A stretch of DNA of 64,000 nt from a virus (Duplodnaviria; Heunggongvirae; Uroviricota; Caudoviricetes): positions 27,011-91,010 of the IMG/VR virus record IMGVR_UViG_2563366895_000001, one strand, 5' to 3'. The notes beneath the pieces were generated by a model. The model did no database searches. It was not told where the DNA came from and worked only from the letters and a program-made list of their open reading frames with translations. Of the stretch, positions 1-12,576 are shown piece after piece (within the stretch, counting starts at the first letter, position 1; each line of letters begins with the position of its first letter). The translations under genes and the position numbers were made by a program.

Positions 1-1
1 G

Positions 2-577
2 CCAAAAGAGTATGCATTCCCCAAGATCCGCAACCCTGATCTGACTGGTGTGGCCTGCAAACATGTGTTGCACGCTATGACGCGTTTTCAGTCTCCCACA
101 TGGCACAAGGCCATCATTATTGCCCTGGAAAAAGCAGCTGAACAGGTGGCCTTCGGCGATGACAAGCGGAAGACAACAACCTATTTCAAAGGCGAACTGG
201 CTAAATCGCTCGCGCGCAACCGGACAACAACGACGGATCAGGCTAAAGCTGCGCGTGAGTATGAGCTGTATCTGAAATCTCAGGATGCATTAGGCAAAAA
301 ACTACGCGCAAAAGATAGCGCCACGGACAACGTTCGCCGGTTGTTAAAAAAAGCTCGCACCACGGCAAACAGGAAGAATGCCGAACTAAAAGCATCGCGG
401 GTGAGGGAAGCCCAGGCTCGCGCTGAAGCCGACGCTCTCAAAAAAGCCCTGCAAACGCAGGCGAACAACCTCATAAAGTTTTTCATGAGTCAGGGAATGG
501 ACAAGGCCGCTGCCACTGCGCAGGCGCGAAGCATTCTTGAGACACAAATTAACGAAGCCCGTAAACGGAAAGGATAA
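2..577 (+). CDS. Hypothetical protein, 5'-partial (frame is open from the window edge; listed ORF begins at a GTG at 50)
   Basis: No stop in this frame between nt 2 and 49; basic, Ala/Lys-rich coiled-coil-like C-terminal region; no recognisable motif. Confidence 0.4.
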   Translation, partial: PKEYAFPKIRNPDLTGVACKHVLHAMTRFQSPTWHKAIIIALEKAAEQVAFGDDKRKTTTYFKGELAKSLARNRTTTTDQAKAAREYELYLKSQDALGKKLRAKDSATDNVRRLLKKARTTANRKNAELKASRVREAQARAEADALKKALQTQANNLIKFFMSQGMDKAAATAQARSILETQINEARKRKG

Positions 578-3700
<3,123 letters not shown>

Positions 3701-3817
3701 TTCGATAATGATTTTTGGCCCTGAAAGCGCCTCCCACAATCCCATATAAAGCGCGCTAAAAAATATACAAATATTTTCGCAAATGTTAGACTGAGGAGAA
3801 GTAAAGAGGAGCGAAAA

Positions 3818-4150
3818 ATGACCACAGTTCGTCGTATGCCAGCCCTCAGCCCGGAAGAAATTCGTAAAATTTCGAAGAATGCCGTGGCGACGGTCGCTGC
3901 GGAAAAAATTGTTACTAACAAAACGGCCTTTGTAAAGGCTGCCGTTGCAGGCGTGATTGCAGGCAAAAAAAATGAAGTTAGTCGTAAAGGCGATAGCCAA
4001 ACTGTCCGTAAAGTAGCAGCTGCATCAGCACGGGATGCAAAGGCTTACAGCCTGTCTCGTCAATTAGCAATGTCCGTCCTATCACAGAGCAGCGGGCGGG
4101 AATATATTCAAGAATCGTTTAATCAGGTTCGTAAAAATAAAAAAGCGTAA
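3818..4150 (+). CDS. Hypothetical small basic protein
   Basis: 110-aa ORF preceded by AAGAGGAG Shine-Dalgarno-like sequence. Confidence 0.4.
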   Translation: MTTVRRMPALSPEEIRKISKNAVATVAAEKIVTNKTAFVKAAVAGVIAGKKNEVSRKGDSQTVRKVAAASARDAKAYSLSRQLAMSVLSQSSGREYIQESFNQVRKNKKA

Positions 4151-4203
4151 CCAACGTGATATTTACAAGCTCCTTTGAAGTGGCTTTTTTATTGTGGTGA
4201 AAC

Positions 4204-4914
4204 ATGACTCAGCAAACAAAGAAATGGATTTTTACTGAGCTGGTAAAAGATCCAAATAATATTGAGCAGCTTCTTTCGTATGCGGTTTATAAAGGTTTTA
4301 AGGACGAAATAGCTCGTAACGCTCGCGCGGCCGGTAAAAAAGAATACGAGATTGAGGCTGAGCTTGCGGCCTACCACGATCAATGCCTCAAGTCACCGAG
4401 GCAGCTTCAAGTATTTAAAAGAAGCGCACAAGAAATTTTAGATGGATACGTTTCTGGCGTCAACAACGAGTTGCAGACAAGGTTAGAAACAATTTTTGAG
4501 CAGCAAGAGAATATTTATCAAAACCAAATCAAAGCCCTCCAGAAAGAGAAAGATGAGGCAAACAAAAATGCTATAAAGCAGCTGGTTAAAGGTGTAGAAA
4601 AATACAGCAAGCAAATAAAGAAACCCGTGGGGTTTTGGGAATGTGCCCAAGTCTATGGGATTGCCATATTAAAATTTCTTTTTTCTGGTGTACCAAAACT
4701 TTTTGCCACAGCCTTCTCAATAGGCCTTTTGTTTACAATATGGGGACTCTTTAACGGTGATGCCGTAACAGGTCTGAGAAAAGGACTTTATAAAATGGTA
4801 GATATAACCGTGCCAGGAGAAAAGGTTAACACTACGCAAAATGATGTTGGCTCAATTAGCCCTAACCAGAAGAGTGTTACGGCAAATAAACAGCCCCACG
4901 ATGGAGGGGCATAA
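4204..4914 (+). CDS. Hypothetical membrane-anchored coiled-coil protein (visibly AT-rich cargo gene)
   Basis: 236-aa ORF; central coiled-coil-like region; C-terminal hydrophobic segments (ILKFLFSGVPKLFATAFSIGLLFTIWGLF); AT-rich compared with flanks. Confidence 0.45.
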   Translation: MTQQTKKWIFTELVKDPNNIEQLLSYAVYKGFKDEIARNARAAGKKEYEIEAELAAYHDQCLKSPRQLQVFKRSAQEILDGYVSGVNNELQTRLETIFEQQENIYQNQIKALQKEKDEANKNAIKQLVKGVEKYSKQIKKPVGFWECAQVYGIAILKFLFSGVPKLFATAFSIGLLFTIWGLFNGDAVTGLRKGLYKMVDITVPGEKVNTTQNDVGSISPNQKSVTANKQPHDGGA

Positions 4915-5290
4915 CCATCAGTGGCGGCTGTAGCTCGGACGGATATAACGCATCGGAGGCGACGTAACGGTTGAGCGGCGCGCGAACGAGCTGGAGCCAT
5001 AATAGCGTTTGGTCGCTGGTGGCGTTGTAGCGCGGCGCCGGATGGTAGTTTTTAATGACGGTCGTATGATGCGTGATGTTGATATTGCTGCTGTGTCCAT
5101 AGCCACCACCGCTCATCAGGTGTCCCATCAGCAAGTCGCTGAAGACCCCGCTGTTATCGTAATAGTGGACCCCTCCCGGCGCGGATGGCTGAGCGACGAT
5201 TACCGGTGCCGGGCCGTCACGGTCACACAAGCTGAGCGCAACCAGGGCAAACAGCACGTCACCAGCAATCAACAGATGTTTCTTTTTCAT
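4877..5290 (-). CDS. Putative lipoprotein (P1 plp-like position)
   Basis: Start taken at internal ATG 5290 (MKKKHLLIAGDVLFALVALSLCD, signal peptide with Cys) preceded by GGGAG; lies after the tRNA region as plp does in P1. Confidence 0.4.
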   Translation of the reverse strand: MKKKHLLIAGDVLFALVALSLCDRDGPAPVIVAQPSAPGGVHYYDNSGVFSDLLMGHLMSGGGYGHSSNINITHHTTVIKNYHPAPRYNATSDQTLLWLQLVRAPLNRYVASDALYPSELQPPLMVMPLHRGAVYLP

Positions 5291-5463
5291 CTCCCGCGTG
5301 CGCTCAGCCGCATTCGCCACAACGGAAAGAGCATCTATGGCGCACATCGCGGGAAAAAGCCCACGGTAGAGAGTCGAACTCTACAAATGCTCTTATCTGT
5401 TGTGCACTCCGTTTCGAGGAATAGATGTCAGAGTCGTACCGGCAGAATCATCACATTGGTATA

Positions 5464-5970
5464 TGGTGATGGTTGATGGAATTGAACCGCCGTAGCTATT
5501 TCTTTATATCCAATAAACCTGCGTGGACTTTTCTGTGGCAATTCGCACAGAGGACAATGTACTTCCTTACTTCTTCCTTAAGTCGCTTTCGAGATCGACT
5601 ACATAGGTTAGAAGGATCGCCTTCTTTGCCGCCAGGGTTATCATGGTGGAGGTCCAGAACTATAGGTTCTTTTTCTCCACAATTTTGGCACCCGATGAAG
5701 CGTTTATAACGAGATAAAAACTGACGGTTTGAACTTGTTTTTCTCGTTCTTGTTAACTTTATAAGCCGGCGCCTTGATTCATTGCTTGCATAACTCAGAG
5801 CATCTCTTTCCTTGGCGCACACCTTGCAAATATTTTGCAGGCCATCGCTCTTTCCTTTGTTTTTATGGAAATCGGAAGCAGGTTTTAGTGCTTTGCATTT
5901 GCTACAAATTTTCATCAGTATCCCACTGCTTACAAGGCAGACGCTCTAACCACTGAGCTACACCATCACT
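5464..5970 (-). tRNA. tRNA-Thr(UGU)-like gene in two pieces: 5' part at 5926..5967, 3' part with encoded CCA at 5464..5497, separated by a 428-bp insert
   Basis: 5' part reads GATGGTG-TA-GCTC-AGTGGTTA-GAGC-G-TCTGC-CTTGTAA-GCAG (D-arm, anticodon arm, anticodon TGT); 3' part reads A-GCTAC-GGCGG-TTCAATT-CCATC-AACCATC-A-CCA; acceptor halves pair 6/7 and the anticodon stem is completed only when the two parts are joined. Confidence 0.5.
5496..5915 (-). CDS. HNH endonuclease (homing-endonuclease-like) occupying the tRNA insert
   Basis: N-terminal Cys cluster (CSKCKALKP...ICKVCAKERD) and C-terminal HNH motif (NCGEKEP...LDLHHDNPGGKEGDPSNL...LCANCHRKVH). Confidence 0.7.
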   Translation of the reverse strand: MKICSKCKALKPASDFHKNKGKSDGLQNICKVCAKERDALSYASNESRRRLIKLTRTRKTSSNRQFLSRYKRFIGCQNCGEKEPIVLDLHHDNPGGKEGDPSNLCSRSRKRLKEEVRKYIVLCANCHRKVHAGLLDIKK

Positions 5971-6635
5971 TGCCGGGTACGTCTCCGGCGAGGGCTTCCA
6001 CCTCCGTATGCTTTTCGGCGCACCGCGCCCTAGCTGCAATTCGGTAACAGGGGATGCATAACCCTGGCTTCCAGCGTGATTAGCGCTTTCAGCATGACGG
6101 GATATACCCGTAAATTAGTGGAACTGTACCCAAAGTGCTGTTAAGCACCGGCTGTTACGCTGAAAAGAAGACGCAACAGGAAAGGACGCTGACCAACAGA
6201 TGGCCCCTTCTCGTTCATCTGGTTAATCACACCAGCGCCCTTACCTGTTGTGCCTCCCCATTCCCTAATACACAGACGGGGGCACTCTGCGGTCGATTTT
6301 TTGACGGGGGACGACTCATACCCCGTGGCATCAGGCTTCTTAGGCCGCTGCCATCATCAGATCATCGTTTGCATTTACTTTAATGGTCAGTTTCTAAACC
6401 GCCGCAAAGTCGCTAACCATGACGAAAACCCAGAAAAAACGCCCACCCGAAGATGGGCAAACTGGAAGCTCGTAACGCACTTCGGTGTTGCCACTTAGGC
6501 GTATGGTCAACCTGGCAACTCGGCGTCATGAGGGGGAAGGAGTCACTACCCCGCCATACTTGCCGCCGCGCCTGTCGCGGCTAACAGCTAAATCGCTCTA
6601 TAAATCACGATTCATTGAGTCGATATTACACTAAT

Positions 6636-6652
6636 AAATTTATTAGAGCAAT
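6636..6652 (-). promoter_or_regulatory. C1-repressor operator-like site (16/17 to ATTGCTCTAATAAATTT), overlapping the dmt stop codon
   Basis: Plus strand reads AAATTTATTAGAGCAAT, the reverse complement of the P1 C1 operator consensus. Confidence 0.55.
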
Positions 6653-9600
6653 GTAGCCATAACGTCATGAGCAACACCACGAGTGTCTCCCTTACAAGAC
6701 ACAGAACGTCTGGCAAAGAGAGGTTCCACTCTGAAGCCACTGTCCTGATAAAGTTCTCTGATGTTTGGCGCGCCACTGTTAGTAATGAGTACCTTTGCAC
6801 CTCGGCGATGAGCATCCGTCAACAGAGACACCAGGCGTTTTTGCTCTTCAAACTTAAAGTCATGACCGGAATAGTTCGTGAATCCCTCTGTATTTGGAAG
6901 CGGTTCATATGGCGGATCGCAAAAAATGACATCTCCTTCTCCGGCAGCTTCAATCACCGCAGCAAAATCACCACATACAAACTCAGAACGCCCTTCCGCA
7001 CCAAGGAAGACTTCCATCTCCTGCAATGGGAAATACGGAGTTTTATACTTCCCATAACCGACATTGAACTCACCGGCTTGGTTGTAACGCGTCAATCCAT
7101 TAAAACAATGTCGGTTCAGGAACAAAAACGCCGCTGCGAGATGTAAATCATCATAGACTTGTTTGTTAAACGCATTCCGTACTGCCAGGAATCCCTCCTG
7201 GGTGTTGTAGTCCAGGAAGAAACGATGTGCCAGAGTGATAAGTGAATGCGCCTCGCGTTGCAGAGTCTTGTAAAAGTTAATCAGGTCAGCATTCACATCA
7301 TTTAGCAGATTTTCCTGGTATCCGGCATTTATGAAGACAGCTCCGCCACCAACGAAAGGTTCAATCAGGCGCTTCCCTTCTGGCAAATAGCGAAAGATTT
7401 GTTCCAGAACACCAAATTTTCCACCAGCCCATTTGAATATGGACCGTTCGAATTCTGCCGCTGGTTTAACTTTTCGCTCTTTTGTTTCACTTCCTTCTTT
7501 CTGCCGACATACGGCCTTAGTAATCCGATCGCCAATCCAGCACATTACTGGTATTGCCATACTATTGCCGATCGCTTTGTAACGCGGTCCGTCAGCTGCA
7601 AGCATCGCGGCCTCTTCTTCGCTTAAATCTGGATAGTGATTGCGAAGATATGCCAGTTCATCTGAATTAACTGTTTTACGCTTTTCCGTCGGGATCAACG
7701 TATGCCCATCAGGAAAACCTTGCAGCCTTTCACATTCGACAGGGGTAAGACGGCGCATTCTACCGTCGCCGAGCAATACAATTGGTGCTTCATGGTTACA
7801 TGTCAAAGTTGGTGCCGAATTATCGGTTTTTATCTCAGCCCCTCCTTGCCCATGTGCCATGGCAATTATGTTTGTATCATCGCAAGTTCTGATAGCGATG
7901 TTTGAAGTATATCTGGTAGTTTCCTTCCCCTCGCCTCTGCTCGGCGCAATATCCCGGCGCACGCCTTCGAACTCAAAAAGTACCGTTGCGGGATCGAGGT
8001 CTGTTCGAGCACTTGCGACAACAAACACGCGTCGGCGTCGTTGTGCCACTCCGAAGTATTGGGCATCAAGGATTCTCCAGGCCACTTTTCGCTGCGATCC
8101 ATAAATACAACCACACTGCGGCCACTTTGGAGCATGGCAACCGGTTTTGCCATCCCACCGCCAGAACGCGTTACTTTTTCCTGATTCAGGTCGATCACCT
8201 GGTTCAAATGGCGCATCTTCTCCAGCCAATCCGGCAAGGAAACATCCGAAGGCGTTATCTGCCGATGACAAGACTCCTGGGACATTTTCCCAGACGATAA
8301 CGGCTGGTTTGAGAAATGACTCAGCCCGTTTGTCGTCAATTGCATTTGCAAGCTCCACATACTTTAAAGTTAGCGCGCCACGCTCATCATCAAGCCCACC
8401 ACGTAATCCCGCGATACTGAATGCCTGACAGTTATGGACCACCGCACCATTGAGGATATAGGAATGATCACCTTCGACTTCTATGTTGTATACAGTATCT
8501 AGGCCTACCGATTTAAACTCTTTGACTGTTCGTAAAAGCATTCCATGAGCCAATCTTGATTTACGTGACAATTTCTGCGGGCAGATTGTTACCTGATAAT
8601 AATTCCGTTGATTTACCACGCGATCCTCGATCACTTTTTTGGGCTCAACTTCAATAAAGCTGACCGAAGAAACATAACCACAAGTCTGTGACAACCCCGC
8701 AACGCCCCAAGCAAGCGCAGGACTAACACTATTAATTCTAAATCCCGCTTTACCACTTGGTGTCCCATCAGTATCAAGATAGCCTTGTAAAAACACATGA
8801 CGCAATGGATGCGACATCACCCATGCAGGGATACGCTTAGCATGGCTTAACTCGCCAAAATGTTCATTAAGCCAATTGGCATAACACGTATCATTCAAGG
8901 TTACTTTGATGCTCCCTCGGATTTCGCTTGCCACGGAAAATATGTTTTCTGGTATGCGGCAATGAAACTTTCTCAATTTCTGGCAATTTATGCCAAAAAC
9001 AACCGCCTTCTTAGATTTACCTCTCCATCTCCTAATATATCCATCGCCAACATAAGCGCCCGCAAGATACATAGCCTGTTCTTCAGACAAGAACCGAGAA
9101 CAAATATCTGGAGATGCAATATTGAAATTAGTTAGAGCGCACCATTGATATCCCGGCATATCACATGCTGCTCGCCATTCCGGTTCAGACAACAACTCTC
9201 TCTTAAAATATGTGCCATTTTTCCGGGTGTTTTGGGCTTTCCACCGAACAGCCAGGAAGGGATGGTCATTGGTTGTTCTTATACCTAAAGGCTGCCCAAC
9301 GGCATTAAGTAACCCCGTATTAGCTATTTTTGAACCAACTCTTTTTACTTGTTGTAACCGCCCGAGATGACTGACTACGTAATCGCCAGGGCAAACATCT
9401 TCTATTGGTTTATAACCATTTTTACAAAGAACCATATGCCCCGCGGTAAAACATGGTGTTCCCCCGACGAGCACGTCAGGGGATTCGATTTCCCCAGCCA
9501 AGACTTTTTTGGCAAGTTTTGTCATGTCGCCAAGGTTGGCGACATGGGGCCAGCGGAGCGCAAGAACGGCCGATGGAAAAGGCTCGATTTCAGCAAACCA

Positions 9601-9684
9601 CGCCGGACGCATACCCAACGGTTCCCAGGCAATACTCGCGGCTTCAATTCCACTGCAAACAGATCCATAGCACAGCTCTTTCAC
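6643..9684 (-). CDS. dmt: Bifunctional DNA methyltransferase: N-terminal C5-cytosine MTase domain (interrupted by an intein) fused to a C-terminal Dam-like N6-adenine MTase domain
   Basis: C5-MTase motifs [12 protein letters not shown] (PCQ), VWENVPG (ENV), [17 protein letters not shown]; Dam-like motifs PFVGGGAVF and CDPPYEP in the C-terminal third; stop overlaps nothing but start overlaps hrdC stop (9681..9684). Confidence 0.85.
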   Translation of the reverse strand: MKELCYGSVCSGIEAASIAWEPLGMRPAWFAEIEPFPSAVLALRWPHVANLGDMTKLAKKVLAGEIESPDVLVGGTPCFTAGHMVLCKNGYKPIEDVCPGDYVVSHLGRLQQVKRVGSKIANTGLLNAVGQPLGIRTTNDHPFLAVRWKAQNTRKNGTYFKRELLSEPEWRAACDMPGYQWCALTNFNIASPDICSRFLSEEQAMYLAGAYVGDGYIRRWRGKSKKAVVFGINCQKLRKFHCRIPENIFSVASEIRGSIKVTLNDTCYANWLNEHFGELSHAKRIPAWVMSHPLRHVFLQGYLDTDGTPSGKAGFRINSVSPALAWGVAGLSQTCGYVSSVSFIEVEPKKVIEDRVVNQRNYYQVTICPQKLSRKSRLAHGMLLRTVKEFKSVGLDTVYNIEVEGDHSYILNGAVVHNCQAFSIAGLRGGLDDERGALTLKYVELANAIDDKRAESFLKPAVIVWENVPGVLSSADNAFGCFLAGLAGEDAPFEPGDRPESGKSNAFWRWDGKTGCHAPKWPQCGCIYGSQRKVAWRILDAQYFGVAQRRRRVFVVASARTDLDPATVLFEFEGVRRDIAPSRGEGKETTRYTSNIAIRTCDDTNIIAMAHGQGGAEIKTDNSAPTLTCNHEAPIVLLGDGRMRRLTPVECERLQGFPDGHTLIPTEKRKTVNSDELAYLRNHYPDLSEEEAAMLAADGPRYKAIGNSMAIPVMCWIGDRITKAVCRQKEGSETKERKVKPAAEFERSIFKWAGGKFGVLEQIFRYLPEGKRLIEPFVGGGAVFINAGYQENLLNDVNADLINFYKTLQREAHSLITLAHRFFLDYNTQEGFLAVRNAFNKQVYDDLHLAAAFLFLNRHCFNGLTRYNQAGEFNVGYGKYKTPYFPLQEMEVFLGAEGRSEFVCGDFAAVIEAAGEGDVIFCDPPYEPLPNTEGFTNYSGHDFKFEEQKRLVSLLTDAHRRGAKVLITNSGAPNIRELYQDSGFRVEPLFARRSVSCKGDTRGVAHDVMATLL
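8431..9453 (-). other. Intein (341 aa) with LAGLIDADG homing-endonuclease domain, inserted at the catalytic Cys of the C5-MTase PCQ motif
   Basis: Extein GGTP | intein CFTAGHMVL...([13 protein letters not shown] ... [11 protein letters not shown]) ...ILNGAVVHN | extein CQAFSIAG; codons checked on the minus strand (TGT at 9453..9451, AAC at 8433..8431, TGT-CAG following). Confidence 0.8.
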
Positions 9685-10586
9685 TGCTTAGCCTCTCCGC
9701 CAAGGGCATTTACCAGAGCATCAACCAGGCACGAAATTTCACTGGTCAACAGGAAGAAATCTGCGTCCAGTCGCTGCGCTACATCTTCACTATCAATATC
9801 AGAGTTCTGCTCAAGCAATTCATCCGCAAATTTGACGCTGGTAAGGCTGAAGTTATGGTCCAGTGTAAATTTAATGCGGTTCTGCCAGTCGAGTGCCAAC
9901 TTAGTGACGAGCTTGCCAGCTTCCAGGTGTGTGGAAATTTCATCGCTTCCCAGATCCTGCTTTTTCACTCGGGCAATACCGCCATCCTCAAGCACTGCCT
10001 TAAGTTCTGCCGCATCCCCCATTTGAAATCCCTGTGGAGCACTACCATCACGTACCCAGTCGGTCAGCGTTAATTCAATGGGATTTTCAACACTCAGGGG
10101 AACAACAGGAAGAGAACCCAGAGACTTACGCATAAGCGCGAGCATATCCTCTGCCTGCCGCGCGCTGGCATTGATATAGATACGTTTAGTTGAACCGTCG
10201 TAGATCGCCTGGATAACAGAAAACTTTGAAAAAGCCCGTGGCAGAAGAGAATGCAGAACTTCGTCTTTCAGGGAGTCCTTCTCTGTTTTCTTCAGTTTAC
10301 GCGCTTGTTCTTGCTCAAGTTTTTCAATTTTTTCTTGAATAGCTCGCTGGATAACCGGCGGGGGAAGAATTTTTGTTTCGCGCTTTGCTTCAACAAGGAT
10401 AAAACCATTTCCATGCATAGCGATAACTTCGGAATTATCGCCAAATGGAGATACAAAACCGAACTTGGCCATATCCTGACTACCGCATGGCGTGAAAAGG
10501 ATCATTTTCTTTTTATCTTCTAAGTCGGTCAGATCCGCCTCACGAGAAAGTTTATAAATAGTAATGTTTTTCCAGTGCTTAAACAT
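9681..10586 (-). CDS. hrdC: RdgC-like recombination-associated protein (P1 hrdC position)
   Basis: Start at internal ATG 10586; strong resemblance to E. coli RdgC over the whole length ([16 protein letters not shown]..., [54 protein letters not shown], ending GGEAKQ). Confidence 0.85.
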   Translation of the reverse strand: MFKHWKNITIYKLSREADLTDLEDKKKMILFTPCGSQDMAKFGFVSPFGDNSEVIAMHGNGFILVEAKRETKILPPPVIQRAIQEKIEKLEQEQARKLKKTEKDSLKDEVLHSLLPRAFSKFSVIQAIYDGSTKRIYINASARQAEDMLALMRKSLGSLPVVPLSVENPIELTLTDWVRDGSAPQGFQMGDAAELKAVLEDGGIARVKKQDLGSDEISTHLEAGKLVTKLALDWQNRIKFTLDHNFSLTSVKFADELLEQNSDIDSEDVAQRLDADFFLLTSEISCLVDALVNALGGEAKQ

Positions 10587-10926
10587 GTTGTAACCCTTGA
10601 ATATCAACCACAGAAAGCTCGTCTTTGTAGAAAAAGGCCAGGTTGTGGCACCCCCTCGTTTGAGCGTATGAGCTGGGACCAATTTCGTTCTTCCAGACAA
10701 ATGGCTTCAAATCCGTACGGCGAAGCATAAAAACGCGATTTGTTCCGCTCTGATTCCCAATGAGGCAAAAGCCTTCTTTCACCTTGATAGCCTGCAAGTT
10801 GTCGAGTTCACCGCTGGTTACACGGCTATCGAACTCCTTGCGGCTTATTAGCTCCATCTGCATCTGACGACTCCAAACAAATGCCCATTGAAGGGCGATG
10901 GCTGAATGGTACCGAAAATACGACAT
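10579..10926 (-). CDS. Hypothetical protein upstream of hrdC (P1 uhr position); start uncertain
   Basis: Listed ORF begins at a TTG at 10935; first in-frame ATG at 10926; no motif recognised. Confidence 0.3.
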   Translation of the reverse strand: MSYFRYHSAIALQWAFVWSRQMQMELISRKEFDSRVTSGELDNLQAIKVKEGFCLIGNQSGTNRVFMLRRTDLKPFVWKNEIGPSSYAQTRGCHNLAFFYKDELSVVDIQGLQHV

Positions 10927-10934
10927 AAAAAACA

Positions 10935-10951
10935 ATATTTATTAGAGCAAT
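10935..10951 (-). promoter_or_regulatory. C1-repressor operator-like site (16/17) upstream of the uhr-hrdC-dmt block
   Basis: Plus strand ATATTTATTAGAGCAAT, one mismatch to the reverse-complemented consensus. Confidence 0.5.
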
Positions 10952-11032
10952 TTTGTAATAAGTAAACGCCATACAGACCACAAATAACCTAAGTTAAAAT
11001 AACGAAAATCAGAGCAAATAATTGGTGATGGC

Positions 11033-11317
11033 GTGGCAAGTATTGCAACAAAAGACAGCATTTGTTCGGGGCACGGAGGATTCCCATCCAGGCCTCCTGT
11101 AGAGAGTGAACCACTACTTAAAGTCAACGGAGTCGAAGTGTTAGTTGATGGTAAGCAATATGCACAGCATACCGATGGAAACAGTACGCACGGTGGGCAA
11201 GCTATATCAACCAGGGCATGGTTTACCGTCAATGGTAAAGGGATCGTATGCGTTGGTGACCCTGTTTCATGCGGATCTACCGTAGCGTCCGGAGACGGCC
11301 TGGTTCAGGTAAGTTAG
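11033..11317 (+). CDS. Small Gly/Cys-containing protein, possibly PAAR-like; GTG start
   Basis: CSGHGG...VCVGDPVSCGSTVASGDG pattern loosely like PAAR/DUF4280 spike-tip proteins; weak. Confidence 0.3.
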   Translation: MASIATKDSICSGHGGFPSRPPVESEPLLKVNGVEVLVDGKQYAQHTDGNSTHGGQAISTRAWFTVNGKGIVCVGDPVSCGSTVASGDGLVQVS

Positions 11318-11326
11318 GAGATATCA

Positions 11327-12114
11327 TGCTGGAAAAAGACTACCAGTTATCCGCATATAAAAAATTGGCCGCCGCCGGTGGGATGAAAACACCTGGTGCC
11401 ATAACATCGGCACGAAACAGTGCTAACACAGCAAAACTGCTTGCAGAAGAATTGACCGGATTAATTCTGGATACAATTGTCTATCCCGACACTATTACCA
11501 GCTATGTTTCAACGATCAGAACAACCACAACCGGCTTAACGAACATTGGAGAACTGGCAACTAAGCACGCGGACCTGTTGGCTGGTTATGCAGATCTGTC
11601 AATGCTGCTTCAACTCGATATTGGTTGGGATGTTTACTGCCGTGCTAATGAGCGAGAAGTTTCAGAACTGCCGATCTCTATTGCCATTGGTGATGTGAAT
11701 ATTACTAAATCGCTTGAGGACGCTGTTAACGCGCTTAATACATCAAGTTTAGTCGCTGCAATGGGGGAGATTAACCAGACCCTTAACACTGGCTCAGGAA
11801 GCTCGTCAGGCTCTGGTTCAGGCGGCGGCACTGCCACTCCCCCACCAGCACTAACAGAAGAGCAAATTGAATCTCTGAAAGTAGCAACTGAACAGTTTGG
11901 GGTTGTTTTCAACCAGACAACAGCGCCCACAACTGCGTTACAACAGCAGTATGAACGAGCGAATGAAAGCGCCAACGTAGCCATAACTGCTTATAACCAT
12001 GCTATCGGTACCGCGCTTGCGGAAGCATCAGCAAATAAGGCCAGCACAGCCAGCGCAGTTGCCGCTTTGGTTCCTGATTCTGTTCTTGATGAATTAAACA
12101 AAGCGGCACAGTAA
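11327..12114 (+). CDS. Hypothetical protein with Gly/Ser-rich linker
   Basis: ATG 11327 preceded by AGGAG; internal GSGSSSGSGSGGG linker. Confidence 0.4.
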
Positions 12115-12153
12115 CAAAGGACTTCATTGATAATTTTTCTTCAGGAGGAAGAC

Positions 12154-12576
12154 ATGTCATTCTTTTCTACGTTAAAAACAGCTTTGTCTTTGAAGGAGAA
12201 ACTTGCTGCTACTGGTGTTCTTGTTCTGATTTGCGCACTTGTTGGTGCTGGGTTTGCATGGGAACGTCATCAGCTAAAGCAAGCCATGGAGAAAATTGGC
12301 AGTCTTGATCAGGCTGTTAAGGAACGTGATAAGTCAATAATGGATCTTAACCAGACCATTGAGACGATGAACAAAGCAGAGCAACATTTTCACAGCCAGG
12401 AAGTGAAAAATGAATCAGAACAAGCCAAATATGCTGACAGGCAAATGGAACGAAAAGCTGAATTTCAGAAACAACTGGTTGCGGCGGGTAATGTTCGCCA
12501 GCGTATTCCTGCTGACACTCAGCGGTTGCTCCGGGAGTCGATCAGCGAATTTAACGCCGACGCCGACAAAGGTTAA
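12154..12576 (+). CDS. Putative i-spanin (Rz-like): N-terminal transmembrane helix plus periplasmic coiled coil
   Basis: ATG at 12154 (MSFFSTLK...); hydrophobic stretch ATGVLVLICALVGAGFAW; remainder rich in charged heptad-like sequence. Confidence 0.45.
   Translation: MSFFSTLKTALSLKEKLAATGVLVLICALVGAGFAWERHQLKQAMEKIGSLDQAVKERDKSIMDLNQTIETMNKAEQHFHSQEVKNESEQAKYADRQMERKAEFQKQLVAAGNVRQRIPADTQRLLRESISEFNADADKG

Noticed and set aside
5366-5390. tRNA-like T-arm (TAGAG-TTCGACT-CTCTA) followed by a 7-nt stem and a T-run on the minus strand
   Set aside because: No complementary acceptor 5' strand or D-arm could be found upstream at any plausible spacing; more likely a tRNA 3' remnant or a terminator-like hairpin.
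5009-5476. 155-codon plus-strand ORF
   Set aside because: Antisense to the lipoprotein gene and running into the tRNA region; no start context or motif.
6667-10073. Several plus-strand ORFs of 60-220 codons (for example 6667..7146, 7640..8104, 9367..10026, 9453..10073)
   Set aside because: All lie antisense to dmt or hrdC, which are supported by strong motif evidence; no features of their own.
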